DNA of 64,000 bases, taken from contig NC_086107.1 in the NCBI RefSeq assembly GCF_963921235.1, forward strand, positions 116,934,001 through 116,998,000, read 5' to 3'. The translations under genes were made by a program, and so were the position numbers. Source of the stretch: Mobula hypostoma (Eukaryota). The notes below the pieces were generated by a model, which was not told where the DNA came from, searched no databases, and saw only the letters and a program-made list of their open reading frames with translations. Of this stretch, positions 36,274-49,700 are shown in pieces (the stretch's first letter is position 1; the number at the start of each line of letters is the position of its first letter).

Positions 36274-36338
36274 CTCACTTAACTATTCACAGTAACAGAA
36301 ATTTTGACCAAGGGTGCCCAAACTTTTGCATGCCACTG
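36274..36338. mobile_element. Tc1/mariner terminal inverted repeat remnant
   Basis: GGGTGCCCAAACTTTTGCATGCCACTG followed by TA, the typical Tc1-like end. Confidence 0.5.
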
Positions 36339-38119
36339 TAGGAGCTACAAGGAGGTAGTCTCCCCAGGGTTGCTAGAGGCAGGTAACCGAATGAATGTCA
36401 GGAGTAGGAAGGGAAATGGACAGCCGGTACAGACTACCCCTGTGGCCGCTGCGTCAAAGAAGTACACTGAAGCAGAAAATTCTGCTGCAAACGTGATAAG
36501 TTTGGTAGACTTCTAGTCTAGTAGCGAGAGTGGCAAACGTATTTGAAAATTTTGATCTAGTAGGCGGCAGGCAGCAAAAGCAGATATTTCGGCGAATATT
36601 GCTTTCTGAGCATGCAATAGCCTCAGTGTTAATAAAGTTCGTGAGCGGTTCACTGATGACACTCCCGATTGTTTTATAAATATCCCAGGGTCAAAGGGAC
36701 GTATTGAAAGTTGTTTGTTCAGTGATTGTGAACGTCATCAGGCTAATGAGTTCCACACGTCTCATTGGAGAGGAATCTTTTTCCTTTTAACTGGGGAATG
36801 TTTACCAAATACGCTATCGTTTCATGTACATGATTACCTCCGACATTGCCGGTATCTCCGCGAATTTAAGGCAATGTACTTCGATTTGAAGATCCATAAG
36901 ATCTTATATGGAATCGAGAAGATATACTATCCTATCCTAGGCGTTCTGGGAGTCGCTAGTAAGTTAATCAGTCCTCTGTTTGTGTTGAAAATTGTTTTTA
37001 AATGTACGACTGTAATTTCAAGTTGGTTCCAACATACGGACATTCGATTCGTTTGGTGTTTACTCTTAGTTTGGGTCTGTTAACAAGCCACATCTTCTTA
37101 CTTTGACCGTTAAATTCACCTGCTCGATGGCCAGGTGCAAATGAACAGAAAACTGACACACAATATGCTTTGAAGGACATTAGCCACCATTGGGTTAAGT
37201 GTTGTGTGTCCAGATGGATAAGAGTGTTGTTTGTTGAACATGGTCAGGGAAAGTGATACGGACTCCGCGCACGAGTTCAGATGTAAAGTGACTGTCAATA
37301 GTCACTCTGACTCCGTACCCGTCACGCATTCTACCAGTGGCTGCGGGTATCTCCTGCTGTGCATGAGCTGATGCCCCTGCGGTTAGCACAGGACTACAGT
37401 TTTCATTCTAGATTTATCTGTGTCGCATTCTCTTTCACGCTTTCCGCGATCGTTGTCCAATTATATATTTGAAGAAAACAGGCTGCCACGCCGATTCGGC
37501 ACAGTTGAGGAATAATTCATCGTGAGGGAGCAGCTGGTTCTATCCCACCTCTAGCTCCGGAGCCGTACAATCGGTTATCTTTCTTGGTACTTAAATATAC
37601 CGAGTCTCGGTGCGGTTTACTGATATAAAGGGTTTACGTCTCATCAACATCTGATTTAATTTCAACCGCGTAAGTATTCTATGTGAAGGTGTATTTTGTC
37701 AGATATTCTCAACAACTCCATCATTATAAGATGCACACAATCTAGTTTTAAGTAAAATAATGCAATAAAACCTACAACAATATCTGGAAATTTATATCCG
37801 TATCTAACAGTTCGGAAAATCTACTCACCAACAGTAACGCAAGTGTACGTATTGATTCTCAGTGGATTCAGGCAATATATTAAGTCACACAATTAAAGTT
37901 CAAAATATTCCTCTGGAACTTTTTCCGGATCATTTTGATCAAAATCCTTTTTTCAACTCAACAGCAGAATCCTCAATTGCACAGCAAGTGATTAAGAGAT
38001 CTTCATTAATATATTCAATTTGAAGTTTACCAATACATCATTTAGATTAGTTTTAATTGCTTCGAAACATACAGTGAAATGTGTCATTTGCTTCAAAGCG
38101 AATCAGAGAGGACTGTGGA

Positions 38120-38310
38120 AGTCAGCCCGTGTGACCAGAATTCGGGCGCTATTATAGCGTGCCCCCAACTCACTAACCCTCAGCGTACCTCTTTGGAGTG
38201 TGTTAGAAAAGCGGACAGAGGAGGAAACGTACAAACTCCTTTTAGGAAACTGAACCCTGACCTATGGTCGCTGGTGCTGTAACGTGATGCAGCAATTTAC
38301 ATGTCACCGT
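38120..38310 (-). mobile_element. Degenerate V-SINE-like element in the GPCR intron
   Basis: TAACC..CGTACCTCTTTGGAGTGTG..GAAACGTACAAACTCC resembles the reverse of the V-SINE core. Confidence 0.45.
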
Positions 38311-38550
38311 ATTGTGTATTGAAGATCGAGAAGTCTGACATCCTCTTCACGATGTTGCTGGCATATCAGCAAACTTGTTTACTGTTATCTTTGGAAATTC
38401 CGTTTCTACAAAATCATTATTGATAGATTGCACAAGATGCTGACACTGTTCTCAGTCTTTCTGGTTAATTTGATTCCTGTACTTTTTTTCCTCGCACAGT
38501 TAACTTGCTGACGATTGTGGTCCTGTCTCAGGGAAAGTGCGGTCTCTCCA

Positions 38551-39046
38551 GAACTAATTGATGCACCTTCACTCTTTCTGCTGCAATAACCAGTTTATCT
38601 TGGTGGCCAGTGATTTTAATACCACTCCCCATTCACATACTGACATGCTGCCCATGGCTTTCTGTACTGTGAAGTTGAGGCTGGACACAGATTAGGGGAT
38701 TAACACCTCATATTCCATGTTGGTAGAACTAGAGAAGGAGTACACAGGTTGGAGAACCTTGAAAACCTTTGATTCCCCGGTTGTCTGGTGAGAAGCCACC
38801 AAGGAGAACATCAAGAAGTTCTTCATACGCAAGGGTATCCAGAAAGCAAGCCAGGAGCAGAGGGAACTGGTTGAGGCAGGTTTGATGCTGTCATTTAAAG
38901 TTAAATTGGATAGCTATATGGACAGGAAAGGAATGGAGGATTATGGGCTGAGTGCAGATCAGTGGGACTAGGTGAGAGTAAGAGTTCAGCACGGACTAGA
39001 AAGGCCAAGATGGCCTGTTTCCGTGCTGTAATTGTTATATGGTTAT
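38551..39046 (+). mobile_element. Composite insertion: old PLE fragment, unknown segment, CR1 3' end
   Basis: 38551-38728 is homologous to the 3' end of the PLE GIY-YIG ORF; ~38866-39046 matches the CR1 end at 34860-35035. Confidence 0.65.
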
Positions 39047-39909
39047 ATGTGTCACACGATACTTGGTAGCCTGGCAGCGGCGGATCTACTGGTCGTTATC
39101 TTTGATTTAATATTGAGACAGATCCCAATTGCACATAACATGCGTTATGTGAGGTCCATCCCTGTGTGTAATATCCACGCCGTCCTGCTTCACGCAGTCA
39201 CGGACTGTTCGGTCTGGTTCACTGTAACGTTCACCTTTGACCGATTTGCAGCCATTTGTTGCCAAAAACTAAAATATCGGCATTCAACCGAGGAAACAGC
39301 GACTACGGTCTAGGAACAGTGAATGGTGTAAACAGCATAAAGAATATTCTCTGGTATTTTATTACACATCCTGGTACAGGATGTCAAATTTACCTTGGTT
39401 TTGTTACATAGATATCCGTGTTATAACATCAATGACCTGGACAATAGTTGAATGTTTACATTATATTTTCACCCCATGTATTCCGTTTGTTTTGATTCTG
39501 CTCTTCAACGTTTTAACAGCCAGGCACATCTTATTGACTAGCACAGCCCGCAGGAGACTCCTGGGTCAGAAGCGAAGACACATCCCCAGAGACCGAGAGG
39601 TGGATGGCAGAAGGAAATCCATAATACTATATTGTTGCTTGTTACCTCGGGAAACTTCATCCTCTTATGGTCAGTTTTTACGGCTTATTCGATATGGAAC
39701 CGATTGTGGAATTTGGGGTATAACTTAGTTTTTTTCCCTACTTTTGTAACTGAAATAGGCTTCATGCTCCAACTTCTAATTGTCGTACAAACACGTGCAT
39801 TTATGCAGTGACACAAACTAAATTCAGGAAACAGCTGAGGACCATGGTGACATATCCTTTTCATCTAATTGCCAATGTAATTAAAGGCCGTTTCGGCTCA
39901 CAGGCATAA

Positions 39910-40830
39910 AGCGAGATGGAATGGAAACAATTCCTTTGGCCAAACCAGTCAGTAGCGACCTCGCTGCCCAATAAACCTGTCCCAATTTCCTCGTTTAGCA
40001 CATATCCTCTAAACCCCGCCTATTCATCTACATAACCAATTGATTTTTGGCTGAACCAATTTCTCTGGTAACTCATTTTAAATGCACGGCGTCAACTGCG
40101 TGAAAAAGTTTCCCCTATGTATGTTCCAATATTTTAAAAATCTGATCCTAATGCTCTCCTCTACCCTGAGAAAAGCACTGTTACCATCCACCATACGTCG
40201 CTCATAACTTTAAGCATCTCTGTGAGGTCGCTCCTCGTTTTCCTCCGTTCTGGGGCATGTTGAATTATCCTGATCAAATTCTCCAGGCAACATCCTCGTA
40301 AAGATTATATGCACTATTTTAAGTTTAATCATGTAGTTTTATGTAAGGGAAACCAAACCTGTACACAACTCTCCAAGTACAGTTTCACCGATAACTAAAT
40401 CGACTGCAATATTATATCCCAAGTCCTAAACTCAGTGCCCTGACTAACGTGATAAAAGCCTTTTTCACCACCCCGCGGACCGGTAATACCGCTTTCAACT
40501 AACAATGCACCTATACTCCCATGTTTCACCGCTCCACTATACTCCCTAAAGCCCTACCAATCGTAGTATCAGTCGAATGCCGGTTGGAGTTTTGAAACGC
40601 ATCACCTTATCGTTACGTTTGGAAATCTATTTGTTTCATTTAGGCTCATTTCCCTAACCGATCAAGATCCTACATGTAATCTGCAATAACCTATTCCACT
40701 GAGAAAAACTCCTCCTAATTTCGTAACATCCGCAAAGTTACTGGTGAAGCCTTGTGGATATCGGTTAAATAAATAACGAAAATCAAGGGTTCCAACACTA
40801 GCCCTTGCGCAGATCACTAGCACCATTTTC
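39910..40830 (-). mobile_element. Old degenerate CR1 LINE
   Basis: Minus peptide SNFADVTKLGG and decayed CR1 3' motifs. Confidence 0.55.
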
Positions 40831-41177
40831 ATTTCGGAGTATTGTTCAGAAGCAAACAACTCCCAGAACCAAACTTTCTTTGAACGTTTTCTCCCCCCAT
40901 TTTCCCCTGGAATTTCCGATATGGAGTTTGGATAGATACATCGAATCTATTCACCATATGTTCCTCCTTAAAACATTCGCTTGAAAATCCGTGTTTTTAT
41001 ATTAATAGACTACACAGTGCAGTTCAGCCAGTTTTCCTTGAGAAGAGATAGTTGTTCTTGATCCTATACAATTAAATATTGAGTGCAATGTGGATTGTTA
41101 CCATTCCTTGACAGTCCTGTAGGTCTCCTGCCGAAAGTTAAACCTGTGGACAAAACCGAGCTCTTGGCCAAATCTCA

Positions 41178-41400
41178 AGGGGAACGTCGACTCAGACCAT
41201 GGGAGGCCTGCATCGGGCATTTTCATGCCTTACAAGGCGCAGATTGGAAGTCTGTGTGGGGCGCCACTCCACGCACAGACTAGAGCAATGTGTGATTAAG
41301 TGCCTTGCTCAAAGGCACAAACACGCTGCCGCAGCTGAGGCTCGAACTAGCAACCTTGAGGTAACTAGACGAACGTCTTAACCATTTGGCCACATGCCCA
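41178..41400 (-). mobile_element. tRNA-derived SINE, same family as 19890-20128
   Basis: Reverse-complement homology over the full length, including B box GTTCGAG. Confidence 0.75.
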
Positions 41401-41654
41401 ACAAATTAACAGTAAATTTACATTCCAGATTTCAATAAGTACCTGTCAACTTCATCAGGGTTTGGAGAACAGATATATTTCAAGTAGATATAATTAAGTC
41501 CCGACATGCTGGTCAGCTTCATCACTTTACCACAGCGAGGCAGGATATCCAGTAACCAACGTTCCCTCTAATTTTTTTAATGCTGCTCTGAGCAGGAAAA
41601 TTTTACATAGCCTGGAACCTGCGAGGACTGATATCTACCTATCTATCTATTGTA

Positions 41655-42245
41655 ATATGCTTGCTTGTATTAGTCGAGGCATTGAGTTCAAAAGGAAAGA
41701 GGTTATGTTGCCATATCTGAAGTATTGCATTCAGTTATGGTTGCCCCATTGTAGGAAGGATGTTGAGGCTTTGGAGAGGCGTAGAAGAGGCTACCTGATT
41801 TAGGGGACATGTACTATCATGAGAGGTAGGATAAACTTGGGTTGTTTTCTCTGGAGCGACAGAGGCTGAGGAGAGATCTGATAGAGGTTTATAAGATTAT
41901 GAGAGGCATAGATAGAAGAGACAAGGAGTATCTGTTTCCCAGGGTTGAAACGTCTCATACCAGTGTGCATGCATTTATGGTGAGAGGGGGTTAAGTTCAA
42001 AGGGGATGTGAGGGGTAAGTATTTTACTCACAGAATGGTGGATGCCTGGAATATGGTAGTAACGGCAAAAACATTAGAAGCTTTTAAGAGACATTTAGAT
42101 AGGCACATGGATGTGAAGATGGAGGGATGTGGACATCGGGTAGGGAGGACAAATTTGTGTTTTGGTTTTTTTGATTTGCTTTTTAGCTGGTTTGGTACAA
42201 CATTGTGTGACAAAGGGCCTATTTCTGTACTGTACTGTTCTTTGG
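41655..42245 (+). mobile_element. CR1 LINE 3' fragment
   Basis: DLIEVYKIMRGIDR and RGKYFTHRMVDAWN; similar to 2120-2530. Confidence 0.75.
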
Positions 42246-43133
42246 TCTGTGAATTTCCAAAAGGATTATTGAGGCATCGTATAAAAGACTTATTCGTAAG
42301 ATAAATATGCATAGAGTTGGGGGTATTGCATTAGCATGGATAGAGGATTGGTTAACTAATATAAGGCACAGTACAGAGGTAACTGGCTCTCAATCAAGTG
42401 TGAGTAGAGTGCCACAGTGTTCAGTGCTGGGCCTGCAATTGTTCATAATACATTAACAATTTAGATTATGGGACTGAGTGTAGTATAACTAAGTTTTCTG
42501 GTGACACTAAATTGAGTGGGCATTCTGCAGAGAATGTGTTGAGTTTGCTGAGGTATAGGTGGGATAATTGTGTGGCAAGGGTCTGGCAGATGGAGCACAA
42601 TGTTGGTAAATGTGAAGTCATTCCCTTTGGTGGCAAACAATGAGAAGGTGAGGATATTACTTAAACAGTGAAAGATTGCAGCATGCTGTTGTACAGAGGG
42701 ACTTGGGTGTGCTGGTGCACGAATAAGTGCAAGCAGTTATTAAGCAGGCAAATGCAATATGGCAGGAGGGACTGAATTTAAGACCAGGGGAGATAGTGCT
42801 GTAATTTTACAGGTACTGTTGAGACTGCACCAGGAATAAAGCATGCAGTTCTGTTCTCCTTGTTTGAGAGTGATGCAGAGGTTTCTCACCAAGTTGATTC
42901 TGCAGAAGAGGACAAGTGAGGCTAAAACTAGAGGACACAGCCATAAGATTCAGGAAAGAGTTTGGATGGAGATGAGGAGGAACTGTTTTTCCTAGATATT
43001 AATGAATATGTGGAATTCTGAGGCAAGGAAAGCAGTAGAGATTATTTTTGTGAATATATTTAAGATGCATTTGGATAGATTTTTGCATAATTATATGATA
43101 CAAGAGTTTGTGGGGGGGGGGTGGGGGGGGCGG

Positions 43134-46019
43134 CGTGGTCGACAGCCTGTCCCTGCATTTCTAATGACCAGCACTGTTTATTGTTGTTGTGTTAAAATGC
43201 TTTTGTGGGATTATGGTGGGAAGTTCCAGTTAATTTACTGCTACATTTTAGCTTGCGTTCTACAGTTTTGCTTGTGAATTTGTGGATCACTCTGACTGTA
43301 ACTGGGGTGTATGAGCACCTCCCTCATCTGTATGAGACTGGTTGGGATCCCTCTCCGGGTCATGGTGTCTGTTTTGTGTTTATCACAATAAAATGGTTGT
43401 TGAGTTAATGAGCTTCCTCGTCTGTCATTATGGACCAAATTCTCGCCAGATTGGTGTCAGGAGTGGGGTGTGAGATTGAAGAACTATGACATCGGATTGA
43501 GTACCTTAAGACTTGGGGAATAAGACGAGGGAACTGAGTCTTCCCAGGAAGCCCTGCCAGAGAGAACATACCCAGGCTCCCCAACCCAGGGGATAGAGCA
43601 GAGCACATCATTCGCTTCTGTGGTGACCCGCACCGGAGAACCCAAGACGCCGTAGCCATCGGAGGATGGGAACCGCCATCAGAGCAGAGGAAGGTCTTGT
43701 GCCTCAACGTCTACCCTGAAGACTCCTAGATACAATGGTAGCAGCTGCCCGGAGCCTTACTTGGCGCAACTCAAACTTGCCACGTGGCACAACGGATGGA
43801 GCCCCACTGAGACGGCGGTGTGCCTTGTCTTAGCACTGGAGCAGCGTGACTCCAGGGCACTCGTAGTGGCGCTGGAGTGGCATTTCGAGCAGAGGCTGTT
43901 GGCGGAAGCAATGAGGGAAGATCTGTGCGGCAGACGGTGTTGAATGGGAGAAAACAAGGGTATTAACCCCTGATCTCTGTCACTGTTCTTGGCGTGGCTA
44001 CCCCCAGTTCCTTCCAGCGGCCCAGGAAGAGCTTACCCTGCACGTCTTTGTAAAGGCGATGATGCCGGAGCACCTTCGGCAGCATGTTTGCCTGACATCA
44101 CTCATCACTATCGTCACTAGATGAAGCGCTGGCACTAGCAGAGAGGCCAGAAGCTATATTAGCACCCCCCACCCCCAACGTGCTCCAGCGTCACCTCACA
44201 CACAGCGAGCCCAAGCTTATGTCACCAAGGGCGAGGAGGAAACTGATGAGGAGAAGCCCGTGACAGAGGTCCAACCAGCGCCGTGCCAATCCCGCTGGCA
44301 GCCAGGAAACAATCTCTGCTACCGGTGTGGTGAGGCAGGTCATTTGGCCGGGGACTGCCCTGCACCGGCACCACACCACAGCTCGGAGCAACCTTCAGGA
44401 AATGCCGAGTGGGAAGCGTCACCCGAATCCTCCAGCAGAATCCCCCCGTTGTTGCCCATCCAGGTGAGCCGTTTGGGTGAAGAACAAGTCTTATACATGG
44501 ACTGCATGGTGGAGGGCATCAGATTGACACGGGGTCAACCAACACTATCATCCGTCCCGGTGTTCTCCCCAACAGGGACCAGCCATCCCTGCCTGGGTGG
44601 ACAACGACAGCAGTCCAGCTGGTGAAGGTCACTAGTGACTGTGCGGCGATGCGAGGGAAGAGGAGGCTGCGCATTGCAGTTGGAAAAACGCAGTGGAGGA
44701 TGAGGTGTGGCTCGCCGACATCTGAGAGTCCTGCATCCTTGGCATGGACCTGCTGTCCCGCTGGAGGGCCCGTGTGGATGTGTCGGGGCAACAGTCTACC
44801 TTGGTGCCAAAGCCATGGCTCTCCAGCAGGGCAGCTCCAGGAAGCGGACCCAGCAGGGGCCACAACCACCACTCACTGGTTTCACAGTGGCTCGGGGTAG
44901 TGCAGCACATCCGGCAGCAGCCAAACACAACACAGCATAGCTGAACCATGGGCAAGCTCCCCGCCATGGACCAGCAGCTGTGCATCAAATAAGTGAGCAA
45001 CCCCGTGCTGGTCCAGGTGAGGGAATGGCTGAGTGTGGGATGACGGCTGGGGTGTCCCTGGACCCAGAGACCAAAGCAATGGGGAACGTTGGAGGTCCAC
45101 AACAGGTTGCTGTTCTGGCGGTGGCATTTGTCCGATGGTGACAGACATCTCTTGCAGCTGATGGTCCCCCGGGGGCTCCGCGCCATGGTGCTGCAGTCCA
45201 TGCACATTTCTGAGTTACAAAGATGTTGGGCAGGCTGCATAACCGTTTCTACTGGCCTGAGTACAGGCAGGATGCAGAGCTGTTTGCGCATTTCTGCGAT
45301 ACTTGCACATCCCAGAAGGGGCTGAGCCTCCGGTTTAGGGCGCCAATGCAGCAGTACATGCTGGGGGCGCCAGTATGTGTCTCCTTCTCCTCCCAGAAGA
45401 AGAGACTATCTCCCAGGCTTGGAAGCCACTGGAAGGGGCCAGGAGAGGTGCTATATCTGGTGCGGTTGCCTGAGCAATGGAAGGCAGTCATGCTGCATTG
45501 GGACCAGTTGGCACTGTGTCAGCCCTTGGTCACTACTAACCCAGCGAGACCAAAGGAAGGAAGCGACACTCTGGGTGCCCTGCTTCTTGCTTCACACAAA
45601 CAGGTGGCAGTGTTGATGCCTACTGGGACTTTTGTACTTTGCTTTGGACTCTGGGGTTGTTGGGACGGCTGACCCCTCGGGTTGGGACAGTGTGACCTCT
45701 GGTGGGGGGCGTAGTTGACAGCCTGTCCCTGCATTTCTAATGACCAGTACAGTTTATTGTCTTTGTGTTAAAATACTCTGGTGGGATTATGGTGGGAAGT
45801 TCCAGTACATTTTAGTTTAGGTTATACAGTTATTTGCTTGTGTATTTGTGGGTCACCCTGACTGTGTGTGACGGTCACCTCCCTTCCCCGTCTGTATGAG
45901 ACTGAATGGGTTCCCTCTCTGGGTCATGGTGCCTGGTTTGTTTTGTGTTTATCACAATAAATCGCTTGTTGAGTTAAAGAGCTTCCTCATCTGTCATTAT
46001 GGATCAAATGCCTACCACA
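43134..46019 (+). mobile_element. Gypsy LTR retrotransposon, internally deleted (gag, protease and integrase remnants; no RT/RNase H)
   Basis: LTRs ~43134-43450 and ~45710-46019; PBS 43452-43467; G-rich PPT before 45710; zinc knuckle CYRCGEAGHLAGDC; integrase remnants RFYWPEYRQD..CDTC and WKGP. Confidence 0.85.
43452..43467 (+). promoter_or_regulatory. Primer binding site complementary to tRNA-Leu(CAG)
   Basis: TGGTGTCAGGAGTGGG is the reverse complement of CCCACTCCTGACA+CCA. Confidence 0.85.
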
Positions 46020-46234
46020 TATTTTTGGGGAAAGGCAGGTTTGTAGACTTGATTAGCCTGATCAGCCATGATTTTATTGAGTGGTGGAGCAGACTCAATT
46101 TCTCTGATAACCTACTCCTATTTCTTATGTTCTCATGTTTTATAAACAGTACATCTTGCGGTCAAAGGAAGTGGTGTTTCTGGCTTTGCATGGGAAGTAA
46201 ATCAAATGAGATACTTTGTGCTAGACGTTGTATA

Positions 46235-46745
46235 AGACCATAACATATGGGAGCAGAATTAGGCCATTCAGCCCATCAAGTCTGCTCCGACAAACCATCA
46301 TGGCTGATCCCGGATCCCACTCAACTCCACACACCTGCCTTCTTGCCATACCCTTTGATGTCCTGACCGACCGGGAAACAATCAAATTCTGCCTTAAGTA
46401 TACCCACAGGCTTGGCCTCCACCACAATCTGTGGCAGAGGATTCTACAGATTTACTAATCTTTGGCTAAAAAAATTCCTCCTTACCTCTGTTCTAAAGGA
46501 TCGCCCTTCAATTTTGAGGATGTGCTCTCTAGCTCTGGATACCTGCACCATAGGAAACATCCTCTCCACATCCACCCGAACTAGTCCTTACAACATTTGG
46601 TAGGTTTCAACAAGATCGCCCCTGGATTCTTCTGAATTCCAGCGAGTACAGTTCCAAAGCTGCCAAACACTCCTCATATGTTAACCCCTTTATTCCTGAA
46701 TCATCCTCATGAGCCTCCTCTGGACTCTCTCCAATGACAAGACAT
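46235..46745 (-). mobile_element. CR1 LINE 3' fragment
   Basis: Reverse of a CR1 ORF2 C-terminus and 3' UTR with TTATG-type tail. Confidence 0.7.
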
Positions 46746-46749
46746 CCAC

Positions 46750-49700
46750 GACTGCATGACTGCGCAGGCACGTGGACAGTGAGAAGAGTTTAAAGGGAGA
46801 TGGTTATTTCTTCAGTGGTTTGATTGGGGCACGACTGTGCAAGCACGTGGACGTCAGCCAGTGAGAACAGCGAGAATAGTTTAAAAGGAGACAGCTTTAT
46901 AGAGTGGGGCCAGAGTAGGAAGGCTTTGGCTCAACGGGGCTTCAGTGTTAATGGGTAAAGCGAGGTAGGTTATCTGTGTAGATTACAGACAGGAAGTATG
47001 TGTGTGAGGCCGGTGTTCTGTGCTCAGTGTCAGATGTGGGAAGTCCAGGAGACTCCCAGCCACCTGGACGGCCACATCTGCACCAGGTGCTTCAACCTGC
47101 AGCTCCTTAGGGATCGTGTTAGGGAACTGGAGATGCAGCTCGATGACCTTCATCTAGTCAGGGAGAGTGAGGAGGTGATAGAGAGGGGCTACAGGCAAGT
47201 AGTCACACCGGGGCCTGGGGAGACAGATAAAGGGGTAACAGTCAGGAGAGGGAAGGGCAAGAGCCAGAGGCTAGAGAGCACTGCTGTGGCTGTACCCCTT
47301 GACAATAAGTACTCCTGCTTGAATACTGTTGGGGGGGGGCAGACTGCCTACCTGGGGGAAGCAACAGTGGCCGCACCTCTAGCACAGAGTCTAACGCTGT
47401 GGCTCAGAAGGGCAGGGAAAGGAAGAGGATGGCAGCAGTAATAGGGGACTCTATAGTTAGGGGGTCAGACAGGCGATTCTGTAGATGCAGGAAAGAAGCA
47501 CGGATGGTAGTTTGTCTTCCAGGTGCCAGGGTCCAGGGTGTTTTTGACTGCATCCGCGATATCCTGAAGTGGGAAGGAGAACAGCCAGAGGTCGTGGTAT
47601 ATATTGGTGCCAAAGACATAGGCAGGAAAAGGGAGGAGGTCCTGAAAGCAGACTACAGGGAGTTAGGAAGGAAGTTGAGAAGCAGGACCACAAAAGATAG
47701 TAATCTTGGGATTACTGCCTGTGCCATGTGACAGTGAGTATAAGAATAGAGAGAGGTGGAAGATAAATGTGTGGTTCAGGGATTGGAGCAGGGGTCAGGG
47801 GTTCATATTTCTGGATCATTGGAACCTCTCCTGGGGCAGGAATGACCTGTACAAAAAAGACGAGTTGCACTTGAATCCCAGGGGGACCAATATTCTGGTG
47901 GGTAGGTTTGCTAAGGCTATTGGGGAAAGTTTAAACTAGGATTGTTGAGGGGTGGGAACCAAACTAAAGAGACGGAGGACGAGATGGTTGGCTCACAAAT
48001 AGAGAAAGCTTGGAGACAGTGCGAGAGGGAGGATAGGCAGGTGATAGAGAAGGGACGCGCTCAGACTGATGGTTTGAGATGTGTCTATTTTAATGCAAGG
48101 AGTATTACAAACAAAGCGGATGAGGTTAGAGTGTGGATCAGTACTTGGAGCTATGATGTTGTGACCATTACAGAAACTTGAATGGCTCAGAGGCAGGAAT
48201 GGTTACTTCGAGTGCCAGGCTTTAGGTGTTTCAGAAAGGACAGGGAAGGAGGCAAAAGAGGCGGGGGCATGGCACTGTTGATCAGAGATAGTGTCATGGC
48301 TGCAGAAAAGGAGGAAGTCATGGAGGGATTGTCTACGGAGTCTCTGTGCATGGAAGTTAGGAACAGGAAGGGATCAATAACTCTACTGGGTGTTTTTTTA
48401 TAGACCACTCAATAGTAACAGGGACATTGAGGAACAGATAGGGAGACAGATTCTGGAAAGGTGTAATAATAACAGGGTTGTCATGGTGGGAGATTTTAAT
48501 TTCCCAAATATTGGTTGGCATGTCCCTCAAGCGAGGGGTTTAGATGGGGTGGAGTTTGTTAGGTGTGTTCAAGAAGGTTTCTTGACACAATATGTAGGTA
48601 AGCCTGCAAGAGGAGAGGTTGTGCTTGATCTGGTATTGGGAAATGAACCTGGTCAGGTGTCAGGTCTCTCAGTGGGAGAGCATTTTGGAGATAGAATTGT
48701 GAATACTATCTCCTTTACCATAGCATTGGAGAGGGTTAGGAATAGAGAAGTTATGAAAGCGTTTAATTGGAGTAAGGGGAAATATGAGGCTATCAGGCAG
48801 GAACTTGGAAGCAGAAGTTGGAAACAGATGTTCTCAGGGAAATGTACAGAAGAAATATGCAAATGTACAGAAAAAATATGCAAATGTTCAGGGGATGTTT
48901 GTGCGGAGTTCTGCATTGGTATATTCCAATGAGACCGGGAGAGGTTACAGGAACCATGGTGTACAAAGGCTCTTGTAAATCTAGGCAATAAGAAAAGAAG
49001 AGCTTACAAAAGGTTCAAAAAACTAGGTCGTGATAGGGATCTAGAAGATTATAAGGCTAGCAGAAAGGAGCTTAAGAAAGAAATTTGAAGAGCCAGAAGG
49101 GGCCATGAGAAGGCCTTGGCGGTCAGGATTAAGGAAAACCCCAAGGCATTCTATAAATATGTGAAGAGCAAGAGGATATGATGTGAGAGAATAGGACCAA
49201 TCAAGTGTGACAGTGGAAAAGTGTGTATGGAACTGGAGAAGATAGCAGAGGAATTTAATGTGTACTTTGCTTCAGTATTCACTATGGAAAAGGACCTTGG
49301 CAATTGTAGGGATGACTTCCAGTGGACTGAAAAACTTGAGTATGTAGATATTAAGAAAGACGATGTGCTGGAGCTTTCGGAAAACATTAAGTTGGATAAG
49401 TCAGCGGGACCGTATGAGATATATGCCAGGTTGTTGTGGGAGGTGAGGGAGGAGATTGCTGAGCCTCTGGCGATGATCTTTGCATCATCAATAGGGACGG
49501 GAGAGGTTCCAAAGGATTGGAGCGTTACAGATGTTGTTCCATTATTCAAGAAAGGGAGTAGAGATAGCCCAGGAAATTATAGACCATTCAGTTTTACTTC
49601 AGTGGCTGGTAAGTTGATGGAGAAGATCCTGAGAGGCAGAATTTATATACTTTTGGAGAGGCATAATATGATTCGGAATAGTCAGTATGGCTTTGAAAAG

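Larger units (their letters stand above)
36874..39909 (+). pseudogene. Class A GPCR (GPR139/GPR142-like) pseudogene; exon 1 36874-36958, exon 2 38500-39909 interrupted at ~38551-39046
   Basis: MYFDLK..IYYPILGVLGVA, phase-1 GTAAGT donor, CACAG acceptor, INLLTIVVLSQGKCGLS / CVTRYLVA..AAADLLV..SVWFTVTFTFDRFAAICC..PCIPFVLILLFN..NTCIYAVTQTKFR; at least three frameshifts plus an insertion. Confidence 0.85.
42255..46140 (+). mobile_element. Old CR1 LINE split by the Gypsy element (42255-43110 and 46020-46140)
   Basis: Decayed RT motifs on the left; the 3' UTR resumes after the right LTR. Confidence 0.6.

Noticed and set aside
36675..36680. TATAAA as the GPCR promoter
   Set aside because: Plausible position about 200 bp upstream of the ATG, but a single hexamer in AT-rich DNA is not supportable
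38551..39046. Insert as a novel intron rescuing the GPCR
   Set aside because: No GT-AG boundaries, and downstream frameshifts would still break the frame
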